Shown here: in pieces, positions 25,827-38,953 of the stretch
Layout: each line of letters opens with the position of its first letter
Position numbering within the stretch: position 1 is the first letter of the stretch
Assembly (NCBI RefSeq): GCF_006345805.1
Contig: NW_021835711.1
Span: forward strand, 1-38,953
Length of the DNA: 38,953 nucleotides
DNA from: Octopus sinensis
Taxonomy: Eukaryota
Direction of reading: 5' to 3'
Made by a program: the position numbers and the translations under genes
The notes under the pieces: model-generated
The model's input: only the letters and a program-made list of their open reading frames with translations
What the model was told of the DNA's origin: nothing
Databases searched by the model: none

Positions 25827-26172
25827 TTTAGCCCCAGGAAAACGTTCTTTTACTTTGATAAATAGACTTTACTCTGTAGTGCTGTTACTACTTATGTTTT
25901 TCCCTTTACGAGATCAGTGTTTGTGTGTCACTTTAAAATTATATACTTCAAACAAAGCCTAGTGCTGCTATCTCTAGCGAACACTTATCCTGTCTCGATG
26001 AAGTAAAATAATCCAGAAACCATTGATCCGGTGGTACGGTTTAAGGCAGAGTGTGGACATTAGCTCCCTTGATCGAGGTATAAGGACGTAGTTGTGCTGA
26101 AAAACATGTTTTCTTGGGGCTAAAAAGGCAGTAAAACCGTCCTAATTAGGACAGCCACATTAGTTGGCACTC
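25766..26172. mobile_element. GAGTAAAG-terminated MITE related to 13486-13974
   Basis: Left end gagtaaagtctatttgcca...tttagccccaggaaaac. Imperfect right TIR gttttcttggggctaaaaagg...ttggca (26109-26169). An additional terminal copy aaatagactttactc lies at 25860-25874. Confidence 0.6.
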
Positions 26173-26225
26173 TCTAGTACTGTTAGTACTTATTGCTCGA
26201 TCAAAGATTTAAATCTAACTTTTTT

Positions 26226-26383
<158 letters not shown>

Positions 26384-26917
26384 ACAGTAGTTATCTAAAG
26401 CTTGCGTACACACTTGGTAGTATACCGATTAAAGCAGTTTCACTGTCTATGGCTACATGATGTCTTCCACAGGATGAATATGAAAGCCACTGGATCTACT
26501 TCGGGAATTATTCAGTGTTCATCGAGTGTGTAACAAAATAAGAGAAAGAGAAAATGGAATTCACGCGATCCTGTATTAATCATTAAGATTGTTTCGACGC
26601 ATTCTGCATCGGTCCCATGTGGGTGAGATTTTGTACAGATGGCTGTGCTGCTTCATTCGGTGAGGATGTGCCGCGGCACGTTATATATCGCTCATTAATC
26701 TCTGTTTCGCATATTTCGATTGGAATAAAGTTTCTTCATTTACCAGTAGCTAGTGGTGTACAAGTGAGAGATCAGAATTTAGAAAAAATGTCACGAAAGG
26801 AGTGAAAGGAATGATTTTAAAATAGTACTTACATTTGTTTTAACCTATTGCATTCTTATTCCACATGACAGAACTTAGATCAATATAAGAAATTATTATC
26901 ACGCCTCTATGAAACAG

Positions 26918-27095
26918 TATGGCTGAAAGGTTGAGACGTTAGTTTCATAAACTCGAGATTTCCGGTTCGATCCTACTGCTAGGCATCTTGTGCAAATATC
27001 ATTTCCTTCAGTTTCGGTCCTAGCAATAGGATTTGAGTGCAGTTGATTCTGAAGAAATTATGCACAGGCCCGTCGACTGTGTGTGTACAGACATG
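26918..27095 (+). mobile_element. tRNA-headed SINE 5' portion (family 2-related)
   Basis: tggctgaaaggtt (A-box-like), ggttcgatcc (B-box), gcccgtcg followed by (GT)n. Confidence 0.6.
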
Positions 27096-27147
27096 ACACA
27101 TAGTATCGCGCTGATTCTGCCTAAACCTTCTGTTAAAATCCGTGATT

Positions 27148-27198
27148 TTTGTCAGTGAAGAGGTCGCGGTCTGAAAGCGACGAAAATATTTTGACAAA
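27148..27198 (+). ncRNA. Family A hammerhead-like motif (core GUGAAGA, G3.G8 mismatch)
   Basis: Same architecture as 5832-5882. Mirrored on the minus strand at 28181-28231. Confidence 0.45.
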
Positions 27199-27353
27199 TT
27201 AAACTTAAATGTTGAAGTGAATCTAACGGTTTTTGTGTGTTTCTTAAATGGCTTACAAACACCTTCCACGCTGCAATCGTTTTCGTTTCAGCACACGATC
27301 TCGGATCAAATCACTTGCTATGCGAGTACATCTCCGTAATATATATATATATA

Positions 27354-27398
<45 letters not shown>

Positions 27399-27429
27399 AT
27401 ATATATATATATAATATATTATATATACT

Positions 27430-27531
<102 letters not shown>

Positions 27532-27619
27532 TATATATATATATATATATATACTTAATATATATATATATAGATATATATATATATATATACTTATATA
27601 TATATATAAGTATATATAT

Positions 27620-27677
<58 letters not shown>

Positions 27678-27807
27678 CTTATATTTATATATATATATAT
27701 ATACCGGAGTAAACACATAAATGTGAAACAAGGTGGAAAAAAGAGTACTCAAATACCAGTGGTAGAGTAATATGCTTTATTTTAAGCAGCAGAAAATTCA
27801 ACAAAAT

Positions 27808-27845
27808 CTGTTACTCTGAGTTTCTCGTTGCCGTTCATCAGACAG
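27808..27845 (-). ncRNA. Minimal type I hammerhead ribozyme, family B
   Basis: Exact reverse complement of 27858-27895. Lies in the element 27701-27851, which has a second copy at 38023-38180. Confidence 0.75.
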
Positions 27846-27857
27846 TTTTTGCAAAAA

Positions 27858-27895
27858 CTGTCTGATGAACGGCAACGAGAAACTCAGAGTAACAG
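27858..27895 (+). ncRNA. Minimal type I hammerhead ribozyme, family B
   Basis: Stem I CUGU/ACAG (extendable GCAAAA/UUUUGU); CUGAUGA; A-CG(GCAA)CG-A; GAAA; stem III CUC-A-GAG; GUA site with predicted cleavage after 27891. Confidence 0.75.
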
Positions 27896-27951
27896 ATTTT
27901 GTTGAATTTTCTGCTGCTTAAAATAAAGTATATATATATATATATATATTA

Positions 27952-27999
<48 letters not shown>

Positions 28000-29444
28000 T
28001 ATATATATATATATAAGTATATATATAGATATAAGTATATATTACGGAGATGTACTCGCATAGCAAGTGATTTGATCTGAGATCGTGAGCTGAAACGAAA
28101 ACGATTGCAGCGTGGAAGGTGTTTGTAAGCCATTTAAGAAACACAAAAACCGTTAGATTCACTTCAACATTTAAGTTTAATTTGTCAAAATATTTTCGTC
28201 GCTTTCAGACCGCGACCTCTTCACTGACAAAAATCACGGATTTTAACAGAAGGTTTAGGCAGAATCAGCGCGATACTATGTGTCATGGCTGTACACACAC
28301 AGTCGACGGGCCTGTGCATAATTTCTTCAGAATCAACTGCACTCAAATCCTATTGCTAGGCTCGAAGCTGAAGGAAATTATCAATAGATAATGTGTACCT
28401 CTTTCCCGGATAAATTCCATTTGTAAGTTGAGTTCATTGTCGTGACCTGTAAGGATGAGATATTCTGGAACCTTTTAGAGCTTAAATTGGTTTATACTTC
28501 CCTCTTATCTTACCTGTTTCTGATATCACTTTCTCAATTTTTTTAAATTTCACTTTTCTTTTTATATAACATATAATAATACACAGATTTTGCAACACAT
28601 TGATTATAAACCTTTTCGCTCTCTGCCCTTGATGTTTATCTAGATCCCATTGTAGCGTCCTATATTTCATAGCGTAGGGGCCCTTTTAACTGAAAATAAT
28701 GAAAAGTGTTTACGTCACCCCCACCTACCTCTTTTTATGGACTTTTTGCACTATCTAATTGAATTCTTCTAAAGTTTGTTTCTTTATGTGTTAAGGGGTA
28801 CTTAAGAAATTAAGATTCGAGGGAACATCTAACAATATTTATTTACAACCTGCAGCCAGTTCTGAACTGTCAACTCTTAATGCTTTTATTCACAATAAAC
28901 GCAATCTACTACCATTAGATCTTTTAATGGTGATAGATAAAAATTAGAAATGAATTACAACCGCATGGTCTATTCCTGCCACTCCAAAATTGTAGCTGCT
29001 TTTCTCTTAGATGATTTCTGCTGTAATAATGGCAACGTGGAATTCCTTCATCTTTTAGCTCTCTTTTTTTTTTTGCAACAGACGATGACACTACATTTGA
29101 ACTGATGTAATGCTTGCATTGTTCGATTGAATGGTGCCGTCTGAAATGGTCGTATTACGTTAACACCTGACATCATGTTACTAATTTCATTTTATTCACC
29201 TTACTTCCAGGTGTGCGGATAATACCGGACTGACTTGGTGCCTCAACTTAAGGGCCTAATTCAATTGAATCTTAAATATATCTTTGTATATGAGTATATG
29301 TATATAAAATGATAAGAGAATATATACATAGAGACAGTGAGAATATAACAATATGAGTGTGTGTCTGTGTATATATATGGCAAATGGAAGATGGAAGTGA
29401 TTATTATTAATCACGACAATTGTTTCGGCACATCTAGCATCAAT

Positions 29445-29532
<88 letters not shown>

Positions 29533-29849
29533 ATTTATTTATTTTTTTATCTAGTTTCAGCTCACAAGCTGTGGCCATGCTGGGGCACCACCCTATATAT
29601 ATATATATATACTCTTATCTTTCTCTCTCTCTCTATTTTTTTTTTGTTTTATTAATTTCGGTTATGTGTCTGCGGTCGTACTAGAGCACCACCGTGATAT
29701 TTCACTTTTACTTATGACTCTTCTTCGGCTGATTTCCCCCAGGGTGGTGCGGTTTCATCATCACTCCTGTATGTGCTATTTTCTTGGTTGTTGATCCATT
29801 TTCTGTATGAGGGAGCTTCACACCGCTGCACTTCTCTCTACCTCATGGA

Positions 29850-31060
29850 GAGCCGTCGGCTTATCTGGTATGTGGAGTACACAATGTTATTTCTTTTTTG
29901 ATGACATTAATGCCCACATTGTGTAGGTTACTTAATTTTTGTGTCATGGCATTGGCGTGCTGCAGGTCTTTGGAACCTAAGCTATTGCATTGCTTTCTCT
30001 TGTATTTAGACGGAATGGACTGTACCTCTGTAAAATACAACGGCATCCAGTTCGGGCATTTGTATAACATTGTGTTGCACCTTCACTTTAGGGAATAAAG
30101 TCGTAGGTTTTTCATCTGCTGCACTGTTACAATCCTTTCAATGTAGAGACATTGGACTGCTTCAATCTTCGCTCTTAGTTTGGCGTTATGTGGTGACCAT
30201 AGCTGAGAGGTGTAGTACAGGTAGCTGAGAACAAAAGATCTCCACAGGCTCAACATAACTTCTTGGTCTCTTACCTTGTACCTTCATGGTCCGTATATGA
30301 AGGCTGCGCTGCATTTGTGAGCTGATAGTGCAGTGCTTGAAAGTTTCCAGTGTTAAACTGTACATCGTTTACTTCGAAAACCACTTTTACTTTGCATGTA
30401 GGTCCCATTGTATGCTTGCGAGGTCATCTGAATTCTTTATTGCTTGTGATAGCTTTTTGCATCATTAATGTAGATAGTGACACTCGCTGTCTGAGTAAAC
30501 ATGAGCATGTCTAAGACAGTTATTATAAACAGTAATGGTTCCAGGGCAATTCTCTAGGGAACGCTACTTAGAATTTGAGCTTTCACAGAGAGGGCTGCAA
30601 CTGCCTCACTTCTGTCTTTAAGGAAATCATGCAACCACTCTCCAAGTTTACTAGCAGCTTGTGACATATCGTACCATGATCTACGTTCTCAAAGGCCTTC
30701 GCGAAGCCAAGATATATTATACTGCCATCTAAATAGTTAGGGAGCTGTTTCAAACCCCAGGCATGATGCTGTAAGTGATGTGTGACGCAGCTTCCTCCTG
30801 AATGAAACTCATATTGTGTATTGTTTAGTTCGTATTTTTCTTCTTGGAACATTATCAGTATCTTTTTGATGATTTGTTCCATGACTTTACGTATAAGTGA
30901 AGTCACAGAGATTGGCCTGAGTCTTTAACCTCCGCTCTGCTCCTACCTTTGTGGATAGGACATATGATGCATTCTTTAGGCCCTTTAGGAAGTTTATCAC
31001 TTGCAAGGAAACTCTGGAAAATATCTGAAATGGTTTCGCTAAAGCCTGCTTATATGATCT
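29850..31060 (-). mobile_element. CR1/Jockey-group LINE reverse transcriptase fragment, pseudogenised
   Basis: YKQALAKPFQIF; HKG.SRAEVK; TSLIRKVMEQIIKK...QYEFHSGGSCVT...IIYLGFAKAFENVDHG (cf. QHGFRSGRSC, YLDFAKAFDKVDH). Degenerate VPQG.LGPLLF and YADD regions near 30560 and 30465; YTSQLWSP near 30200. Confidence 0.85.
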
Positions 31061-32363
31061 CATGTGTGTGTCTCTCTCTCTTACTCTCTCTCTCTCTCTC
31101 TCTATTACTCTCTTTCTTTCTCTTTCTCTCGTGCCTGGATTCCAGAAAATAGTGCGGATACATCTCCAAGATTTAGTTCCTGGCAAATCACAAATTAATA
31201 GGTGTGATTAAACGATACAGAACTGGTCAACTTCATGCTGTAAAAAATAAGACGAGCATTTGAAAGGGCCGCCATCAAAACATCATCCTTCCATAAGGCC
31301 TCAAAAAATTTAGATAAATCTAAAGTATTCTGTTTTCTTATTAACCCATGTGACCATATATCTTTTGAAACTAATTTTTTTACGATTAATTTTGAAAATA
31401 ATTGAGAAATTTACTAAAATAACATTTTCATTCATGTGAACTTTCCGCACGACTGTCACGTGAGAATAATACATGAACGTTGACCAATCAATTTGTACGT
31501 TAACGGATAGCGTTCTCCTACTTTAAGAGCAAACATTTTCTATGACAACGGCCAGAATATACATAATTCGCAACAAAATTCCATACACGATACACATTTG
31601 AAATTTTGTTCTCAAACTGGTATTCTAATATTTTACATTATAATTAAATTCTAATTAATTGTAATTTATTCTGTGTATATTTTTGCTATTCCTCGGATTA
31701 TTGGTTCAATATCTATGTATATATATATATAACCTAGTCTCGCACGGAGCAGCCTTGAACAAAGCAGACGTTCATAGAATTGTATTTAACTTTTGTGTAC
31801 ACCCTGAAGTGGGAAGAGATGTGATGCGGATATATTCTCTGGGGAAATTTCTCATCGTAAACAAAGGGAAACCATCCAAACTTGTTATTTTCTGTTCCCA
31901 GATAAAGAACTGAATCATTATTTGTTGTTGAAGATGCGCAGAGCAGATAAATGCAAGCGTCATGCAGTCCGATAGAATCGTCAACAGTCGATTGCGTTTT
32001 CATATTGTCTTCGAGGAATGACTTCTCCCGAGAATATTTCTGTACTAATGATCTCCCTACCTTCCGAGTTTACACGAACAAATTAAATATGACAATATAT
32101 TTTATTCAACGCTGCTTCGTGCGACTTTGATGCGTTTGTTGTGATTTGACCGAGTTTTAGGCATGTCAGAAAATATATTATTTTCTTTTCGTATATATAA
32201 ATCCTATCGTCCCTGTAGGGCCGTGAAAGACGGCTTCCGTGAAAAATACAGAAATGCATGCGTTCTACAATTCGATGATATCATTAATATCTAATATCTT
32301 CTAAGAAAATTTCTATGCGAAAGAAATCTTCCTATGTCAAAAGCACACGGTATATAGACTAGA

Positions 32364-32399
<36 letters not shown>

Positions 32400-34243
32400 T
32401 GTGTATGTGTCTGCCTAGACAGATTTATCAACTGGATATTTATTACATTTAATCCATATTATTACCAGCAGCTTAATTTAAGTTGCCTTTATGTGGAACA
32501 TTTATTGCTAACCAAAACTCTCCCGACCTGCCAAAAATAAATGCTTTATCTACCTCAAATCTCACATCGTATATAAAACACATTTGAGTTCCAAATGCCC
32601 ATGATAAAAAAAAAAAGGACAGGAATGAGGTTGATCCTGGTTGGAATGCCTCCGAACCAAAGGCTCCTTTACCAAGCTTGACAAGGAGCTAAAGAAAACA
32701 ATAATAAAATGGACTTTGCATCTTCGTTCCAGTAATTGAAAATATGATATCTCCAATCAAATTTTGACGAAGACAAACAAATATATAATTATGTCACACA
32801 GAAAAAGACAAACATAAAGAAGAAACAAATATTGCAATTAATTTAAAGGTAGAAGTAGAATATCTGTTCTAAACAGATTGTAGGTGGTTTGTATCACGTG
32901 TAAGAAGTTTGTTGTATGTATTTTTTTCCGTGTGCACGTGTATCTCTGTTCACGCGTGCGTGTGTGAGTAAATACATATATATATATATATATATATGAA
33001 TGAATGAAAGAATGAGCTTATGTGTAATTGTATTTGTATGCGTATTTATGCGGTTGTGTGCAAATGAATCACTATATGCGTGTGTGTGTGTGTGTGTGTG
33101 TGCGCGCGTATGTGTACGTGTGTGTAAGTTGCGTGGGCTTATCAAAAATGGGTTCCTGTCTCAATTAGCTTTGTGCTTTTATTATAATCCCCTGCTCCGC
33201 CCGTACCCATTTCCTCTATGACTTTAATATAAACGTCAGTAATTGAATGATTAGGGAGACATGACCCTAACATCTTGTGCAAGGCACGGTGTTAGAAGTT
33301 TCTTAATCTAGCCCAATTGCATTTGAACAGATGTCTTCAAATGTCTTAGGTATTGTTTCAGCAACGGAGAGGTTTAGAAGAAACACACCCACACAATTAT
33401 ACGCAAAATCACGCATGCACGCACACACGCACACACACAGAAAACACATACACACACGCACACACGCACACGTAAACACAATACAACTCAAACAGACGCT
33501 AACACACGCATGTGTATTCAATTTTAATAAAATCTCCAAACTCTGTGTTATTTAAGCACATTTTTACGGCGGTATGCGACATTTTAATTAAGGAAAGCAG
33601 TGTATCCTGACAAAAATAATGCTAAATGGTGGAAATGATTTTGAATTTGATGCACACACACACACATATGCTCACACATACACATGCAATTATTCAAACG
33701 CGCGCGCGCACACTTATATGTGTGTCTATATATATACACATATACATACACACATACACATATATTCATATATATAGACACACGCACGCACATATATGTG
33801 TATACATATTTATATATATATATATAAATATATACATTGCCCCAGCATGGCCACAGCTCATAAGCTGAAACTAGAATCAATCAATCAATATATATATATA
33901 TATATATGCACACACATATGCATGTAGACATACCGGAATTCTAGGTAATGCTGACATATATGTATCTACATACGTCGAAAGAAAAAGGCATCGTTCATCC
34001 TTTGGATTGATGAGCAAACCGTATAATTTTATTTGGTCCTCGTCGACCAATGAGAAATGGTTATTATAATCGAGAATGAGAGACAGAGTGTGATAGAACT
34101 GAACTAACAGAAGCTCGGCAAAATGTAAATATCTTGAACGTCCGCAGGTAATTCTATTTCAAAAGATTGTATCCTTACATTCATTCATCCATACGTAGAT
34201 CTGTCCATTTATCTATCTGTCTGTCTGTCTACCTATATATATA

Positions 34244-34397
34244 TTTCTCTCCTTGTTTTTTTCTGTGTATCTTTCTGTCGAAGAGCGTAGGCTTGAAACG
34301 TAAAAGACTTTTTCTATTCCTGAGCGCTATACTGATACATATTTTTGTTTGTACTCCACCTGCCTTCGTCTTTTGTTTATTTTCGTAAACTTTCCCT
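34244..34397 (+). mobile_element. PLE-like short element family C with HHR-like motif at 34270-34307, flanked by (AT)n
   Basis: tcttt-CTGTCGA-A-GAGC gtag GCTT-GAAA-CG-TA-aaaga. Homologous to 22881-23072. Confidence 0.65.
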
Positions 34398-34416
34398 TTA
34401 TATATATATATATATA

Positions 34417-34838
34417 GGTCGTCCCTCACGACGCCTCAAGACTGCTTCCACACATTTTCCTCATTCATCTCCATCTTCCGTAATGGTCCTCAGTTTCTGC
34501 ATCCTTTCCTTACTAGTATCCTCCCGCAAGCTCTCAATATAGGTCGTCTTTCTCCTTCCTCTCCTGGTTCTTCCTACCGGTGGCTGTCAGAGCACTAACT
34601 TGTTAGCAATTTCATCGGTATGTCTGATCCAGTATTCAGCTAGTCTCACCTTTTATGGTCTATCTTCAATATTACTTTTGCTATGCGTCAATGTTTGCTT
34701 AGGACTCTTCCAGGAGACATTGAGAGCCATTCTAAGCATTCTCGCATAACAATCATCCAACTGCTTCTTCAATGCTTTAGTGAGCGCCCATATTTCAGCC
34801 CCGTATAGAAGAGAAGATTCCACTGTTGCCAGAATGTA
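34417..34838 (-). mobile_element. RTE-clade LINE 3' fragment (distinct from the 15.6-16.1 kb family)
   Basis: LATVESSLLYGAEIWALTKALKKQLDDCYARMLRMALNVSWK...RLAEYWIRHTDEIANKLVL*QPPVGRTRRGRRKTTYIESLREDT. Confidence 0.85.
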
Positions 34839-34839
34839 G

Positions 34840-34938
34840 TTATATATATATAATATATATTATAAATATATATATAATATATATGATATGGATTGTATAG
34901 ATATATATATATATATATATATACATATATATGTTGTG

Positions 34939-34969
<31 letters not shown>

Positions 34970-35456
34970 CATATAATATGTATGTGTTATATATATATAT
35001 ATATAAATTATTATATATATATATAATATATCTATATACATATATGTATGTGTATATATATAAGATATACTAGATATATGTATGTATATATATATAGACA
35101 TATATCTGTATATATATATATATATAACATATATATGTATGTATAGTATATATATATATACAATTATATGTATGTGGTATATATAAATAACATATATATG
35201 TATGTATATATAATATACATATATATGTATGTAATATATATAGATATACGATATTATATGTATGTATAATATATTAGATATATATAATGTATTGTATTAT
35301 ATATATATCATATACATATATATGTATGTATATATAATATATATATATATCTCTACCATATACATTATATATGTATGTATCTTCTATATATATCATATAT
35401 ATGTATATATATATACATATATATGTATGTATATTATATATATATACATATATATG

Positions 35457-35487
<31 letters not shown>

Positions 35488-35976
35488 CACATATCTATGG
35501 TATGTCTATATATATCTAATACTATATATGTATGTATATATATATATACATATATATGTGTGTATATATATATACATTATATATGTATGTATATTATATA
35601 TATATATATACATATATATGTATGTATATATATATATATATATACATATATATGTATGTATATATATATATATATATAATACATATATATGTATGTATAT
35701 CTATATATATACCTATATGTATGTATATATATATATGTATGTATATATATACATATATATGTATGTATATATAATATATATGTATGTATATATTAATATG
35801 TAGTATATATTACATATATATGTATGTATATATATATATATACATATATATGTATGTATATACATATACATATATATGTATGTATATATATATGTATGTA
35901 TACATATGTATATATATACATATATATGTATATATATATATTAATACATATATAAGTATATATATATATATATATA
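34840..35976. repeat. Long (AT)n/(ATGT)n low-complexity tract
   Basis: Direct reading; recurring unit tacatatatatgtatgtata. Confidence 0.95.
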
Positions 35977-36114
35977 TGAATAAAAAATGGAGTTAACGCA
36001 GGTTTAAAATAAACAAGTTACAACATCTTTACTTGGAAGATTTTTGCTGCCCTGGTAAATACTTATTTATTTTTCCGTGTTAATTGTTAACAAGGTAAAA
36101 ATACACTCATCTAT

Positions 36115-36162
<48 letters not shown>

Positions 36163-36170
36163 TATGTATG

Positions 36171-36579
36171 TAAATATATGAAAGAATGGAGTTGAACCGA
36201 CGAATTACAAAATTCCTTTATTTCGACATATGTTTCGAAGGCTGCATATTCCTAATTGCGAAGGAATAAGGAGTTTATTATGCCGCTTTCTCATCAGGAA
36301 AAGCAAGGAACTTATGTCAAATCAAGATGCACAAAATACTTTTAGATGACTGCTCACACGGAGCCATAGTGATTGTCACCATGGGCTCCGTGTGAGCAGT
36401 CACATCTAAAAGTTTTTTGTGCATCTGATGTTGACATAAGTCCTTGCTTATCCGATGAGAAAGCGGCATAATGTACTCCTTATTCCTTCGCAATTAGGAA
36501 TATGCAGCCTTCAAAGCATATGTCGAAAATAAAGGAATTTTGTTAATTCGTCGTTCAACTCCATTCTTTCATATATTTA
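36171..36579. repeat. ~200 bp-arm fold-back palindrome of PLE-like family D
   Basis: Arms 36171-36372 and 36376-36579 around a 3-nt loop (ttg), with many single-base indels between the arms. Confidence 0.9.
36221..36301 (-). ncRNA. Type I hammerhead ribozyme, family D (canonical core, GUC site)
   Basis: Minus strand: UUUC-CUGAUGA-GAAAGCGGCAUA...UAUGCAGCCUUC-GAAA-CAUAUG-UC-GAAA. Long stem II (10/12 pairs) and palindromic stem III. Confidence 0.8.
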
Positions 36580-37559
36580 TATTTTTTAAAAAATACATAC
36601 AAATTTCCACACGAAAGCACTAACTTCAAACGAGTCTTCTCTGATGTGAATTGCTACAGGTATCGGTTAACCGAATTATCCATAACAAGATAATTCATTC
36701 AACTACTCAATATTCATATGTATGTATATATATATATATATTATATATATATATTATATATAATTCATAATAAAAGGGCAAACGAAAAATTTCTAATGCG
36801 AAATATGCCGAAAAATTGGACATATTGTCCATTAACCATATATTTTTTCACAATATGTCCAATTTTGTCCAATGTTTCGGCATATTTGGCATTAGAACAT
36901 TTTTGTACTTGCCCTTATTTATGAATTATATAAATTTAACCTTTAAAAGTATTTTTTTAATATGCTGGCCATTGATAAAATTTTGGGGGAAAAAGAAAAG
37001 AAATGCTATCCTACATTAGATATATATATAATATATATATATAATATATATATATTATATATATGATATATAATATATATATATATATATATATACATGC
37101 ATATATACATACATATATATATGTAAAAAAAATACAAACTGGGACAGAAACGCAAAACATTTAAAAGACGATACAAAAAACACGGACGGGACATTCGAAG
37201 CCTTCAATATTCAGTCAAGAACCGGATCATCCTAGCAATTTCGACTGATTAATCTTGAGATTGCTCCGATCTGGCCAGTGGCCAGCCACAAAGGAAAGGC
37301 TAAGCCAAGCGCATTAGATTCCTTGGAAGAAAGCCTCGAATGTATACAAAACAAGGACGCAAAAACGGACGTTGTTTCACGAATAAGAATACAAAAATAC
37401 ATAAAAGCAATAATGATAATAATAACAAAGACAGGACGTTACAGACAGGCGTCTTCGACAGGACGAGTAAACTTTGAGCTGGCGTGTTAGAAAAGTGCCT
37501 TAGGGCAGAGAGAAAAAATGTGTCTTGCCACGACAACTGCTAAGCAGGAAAGGCCGGCA

Positions 37560-37589
37560 AATATATATATAGTAGTATATATATAAGTA

Positions 37590-37629
<40 letters not shown>

Positions 37630-37721
37630 GATATAGTATATAGATATCTATATATATATAGTATATATATATATATATATTATATATATATATATATATA
37701 TAGTATATATAGTATATATAT

Positions 37722-37775
<54 letters not shown>

Positions 37776-37860
37776 GTATATATATATAAGATATTAGTAT
37801 ATATATATATATATTTTATATATATATAGTATATATATATATATTATATATAGTATATAG

Positions 37861-37891
<31 letters not shown>

Positions 37892-37960
37892 TATATATAT
37901 TAATACATATATATATATGCATATATATATATACATACTATATATATACATTACATTATA

Positions 37961-38006
<46 letters not shown>

Positions 38007-38022
38007 TATATATATAGATAGT
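37560..38022. repeat. (AT)n tract
   Basis: Direct reading. Confidence 0.95.
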
Positions 38023-38180
38023 ATACCGGAGTAAATACATAAATGTGAAACAAGGTGGAAAAAAGAGTACTCAGATACCAGTGGTAGAGTAATATGATTT
38101 ATTTTAAGCAGCAGAAAATTCAACAAAATGTGTTACTCTGAGTTTCTCGTTGCCGTTCATCAGACAGTTTTTGCTAGAAT
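38023..38180 (-). mobile_element. PLE-like short element family B, second copy, with HHR at 38130-38167
   Basis: Near-identical to 27701-27852. The HHR core is intact, with one stem I mismatch (ACAC for ACAG). Not folded back. Confidence 0.75.
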
Positions 38181-38953
38181 GGAACATATATATCAATTCA
38201 ATCTCTTACTCTTACAAACGCTACACCTTTAAAAAGAAATGGACTTGGTTTGATGGCCCTTTAGAAAAAACGGTCAATCTTCGAGCGATAAACAAAAGGT
38301 CAAAAAATATGTATATATATATAAAAAAACTTATAAAAATTATAAAAAATTATAAAATACGAGGAAAAAAACGAGGAAAAAACCTATTGCCGTTAATGAG
38401 ACAGTACAAATTAATGCATAGAAATTAAAACCTGTTATAAATTACTGCATACATTTATATTAAAATCCACCATATATATATATCAACATACACAAAAGGA
38501 TGCGCGCTCGTAAACGCCATACATATACAGACGTATGAATATAAATCTAAATTATACACATAAAAGCATGTGTACATATATTCACGCAAAACCGTCTCGC
38601 ACGCAAGCTAAAATTCATCTATGTAGCAATTCTCATATACTGAGCAAGGAGGGGGAACGAAAGAAAGAAAGGGAAAAGAGAGAAAAAGGAACGAGGGAGG
38701 GGTAGGAGGGAAAAAACTTGTAGCGATATTATTGGCATCTATAGAGGCCAGTATACATACACAAGTTTGAATTGATACATATACATACAGTCGTGTGTAT
38801 GCGTGCTTAAGCACAAGCATATTTCACTTACACATACACAGATACGCATGCTTACAAATACATATGCTTTGCTATACACAAACTTATATAAACATTCTAA
38901 ATTTGACAACATTGCTTTTTTTAAAAAAACATTGCTTTTAAAAAATGGTTGCA

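Noticed and set aside
26918-26985. tRNA gene
   Set aside because: A/B boxes are present but I could not fold a cloverleaf, and it continues into SINE body; treated as a SINE head.
29176-29270. Strong-looking splice acceptor (ctaat...ttacttccag|G)
   Set aside because: No partner donor or recognisable coding sequence; cannot be supported without transcripts.

Overview
Eukaryotic, very AT-rich, repeat-saturated non-coding DNA (intergenic or intronic). The SINE families and microsatellite load look cephalopod (Octopus-like); this is my recognition, not a database result. I find no intact protein-coding gene, and nearly all listed ORFs are microsatellite artefacts. Recognisable content: a decayed Tc1/mariner transposase, three LINE fragments (two RTE-clade, one CR1-like), a non-autonomous Helitron, hAT-like and GAG-terminated MITEs, about 12 copies of two tRNA-headed SINE families, and long (AT)n/(GATA)n/(GAA)n tracts. 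The most notable signal is at least four unrelated short repeat families that each carry a minimal type I hammerhead ribozyme (HHR) motif of the Penelope-like element (PLE) kind. Some have non-canonical cores (GUGAACA with a G3:C8 swap; CUGUNGA plus an extra A). They lie next to (AT)n tracts and are repeatedly embedded in fold-back inverted duplications (5.7-6.0, 27.0-28.4, 36.2-36.6 kb). Some fold-backs could be long-read or assembly artefacts and need checking.
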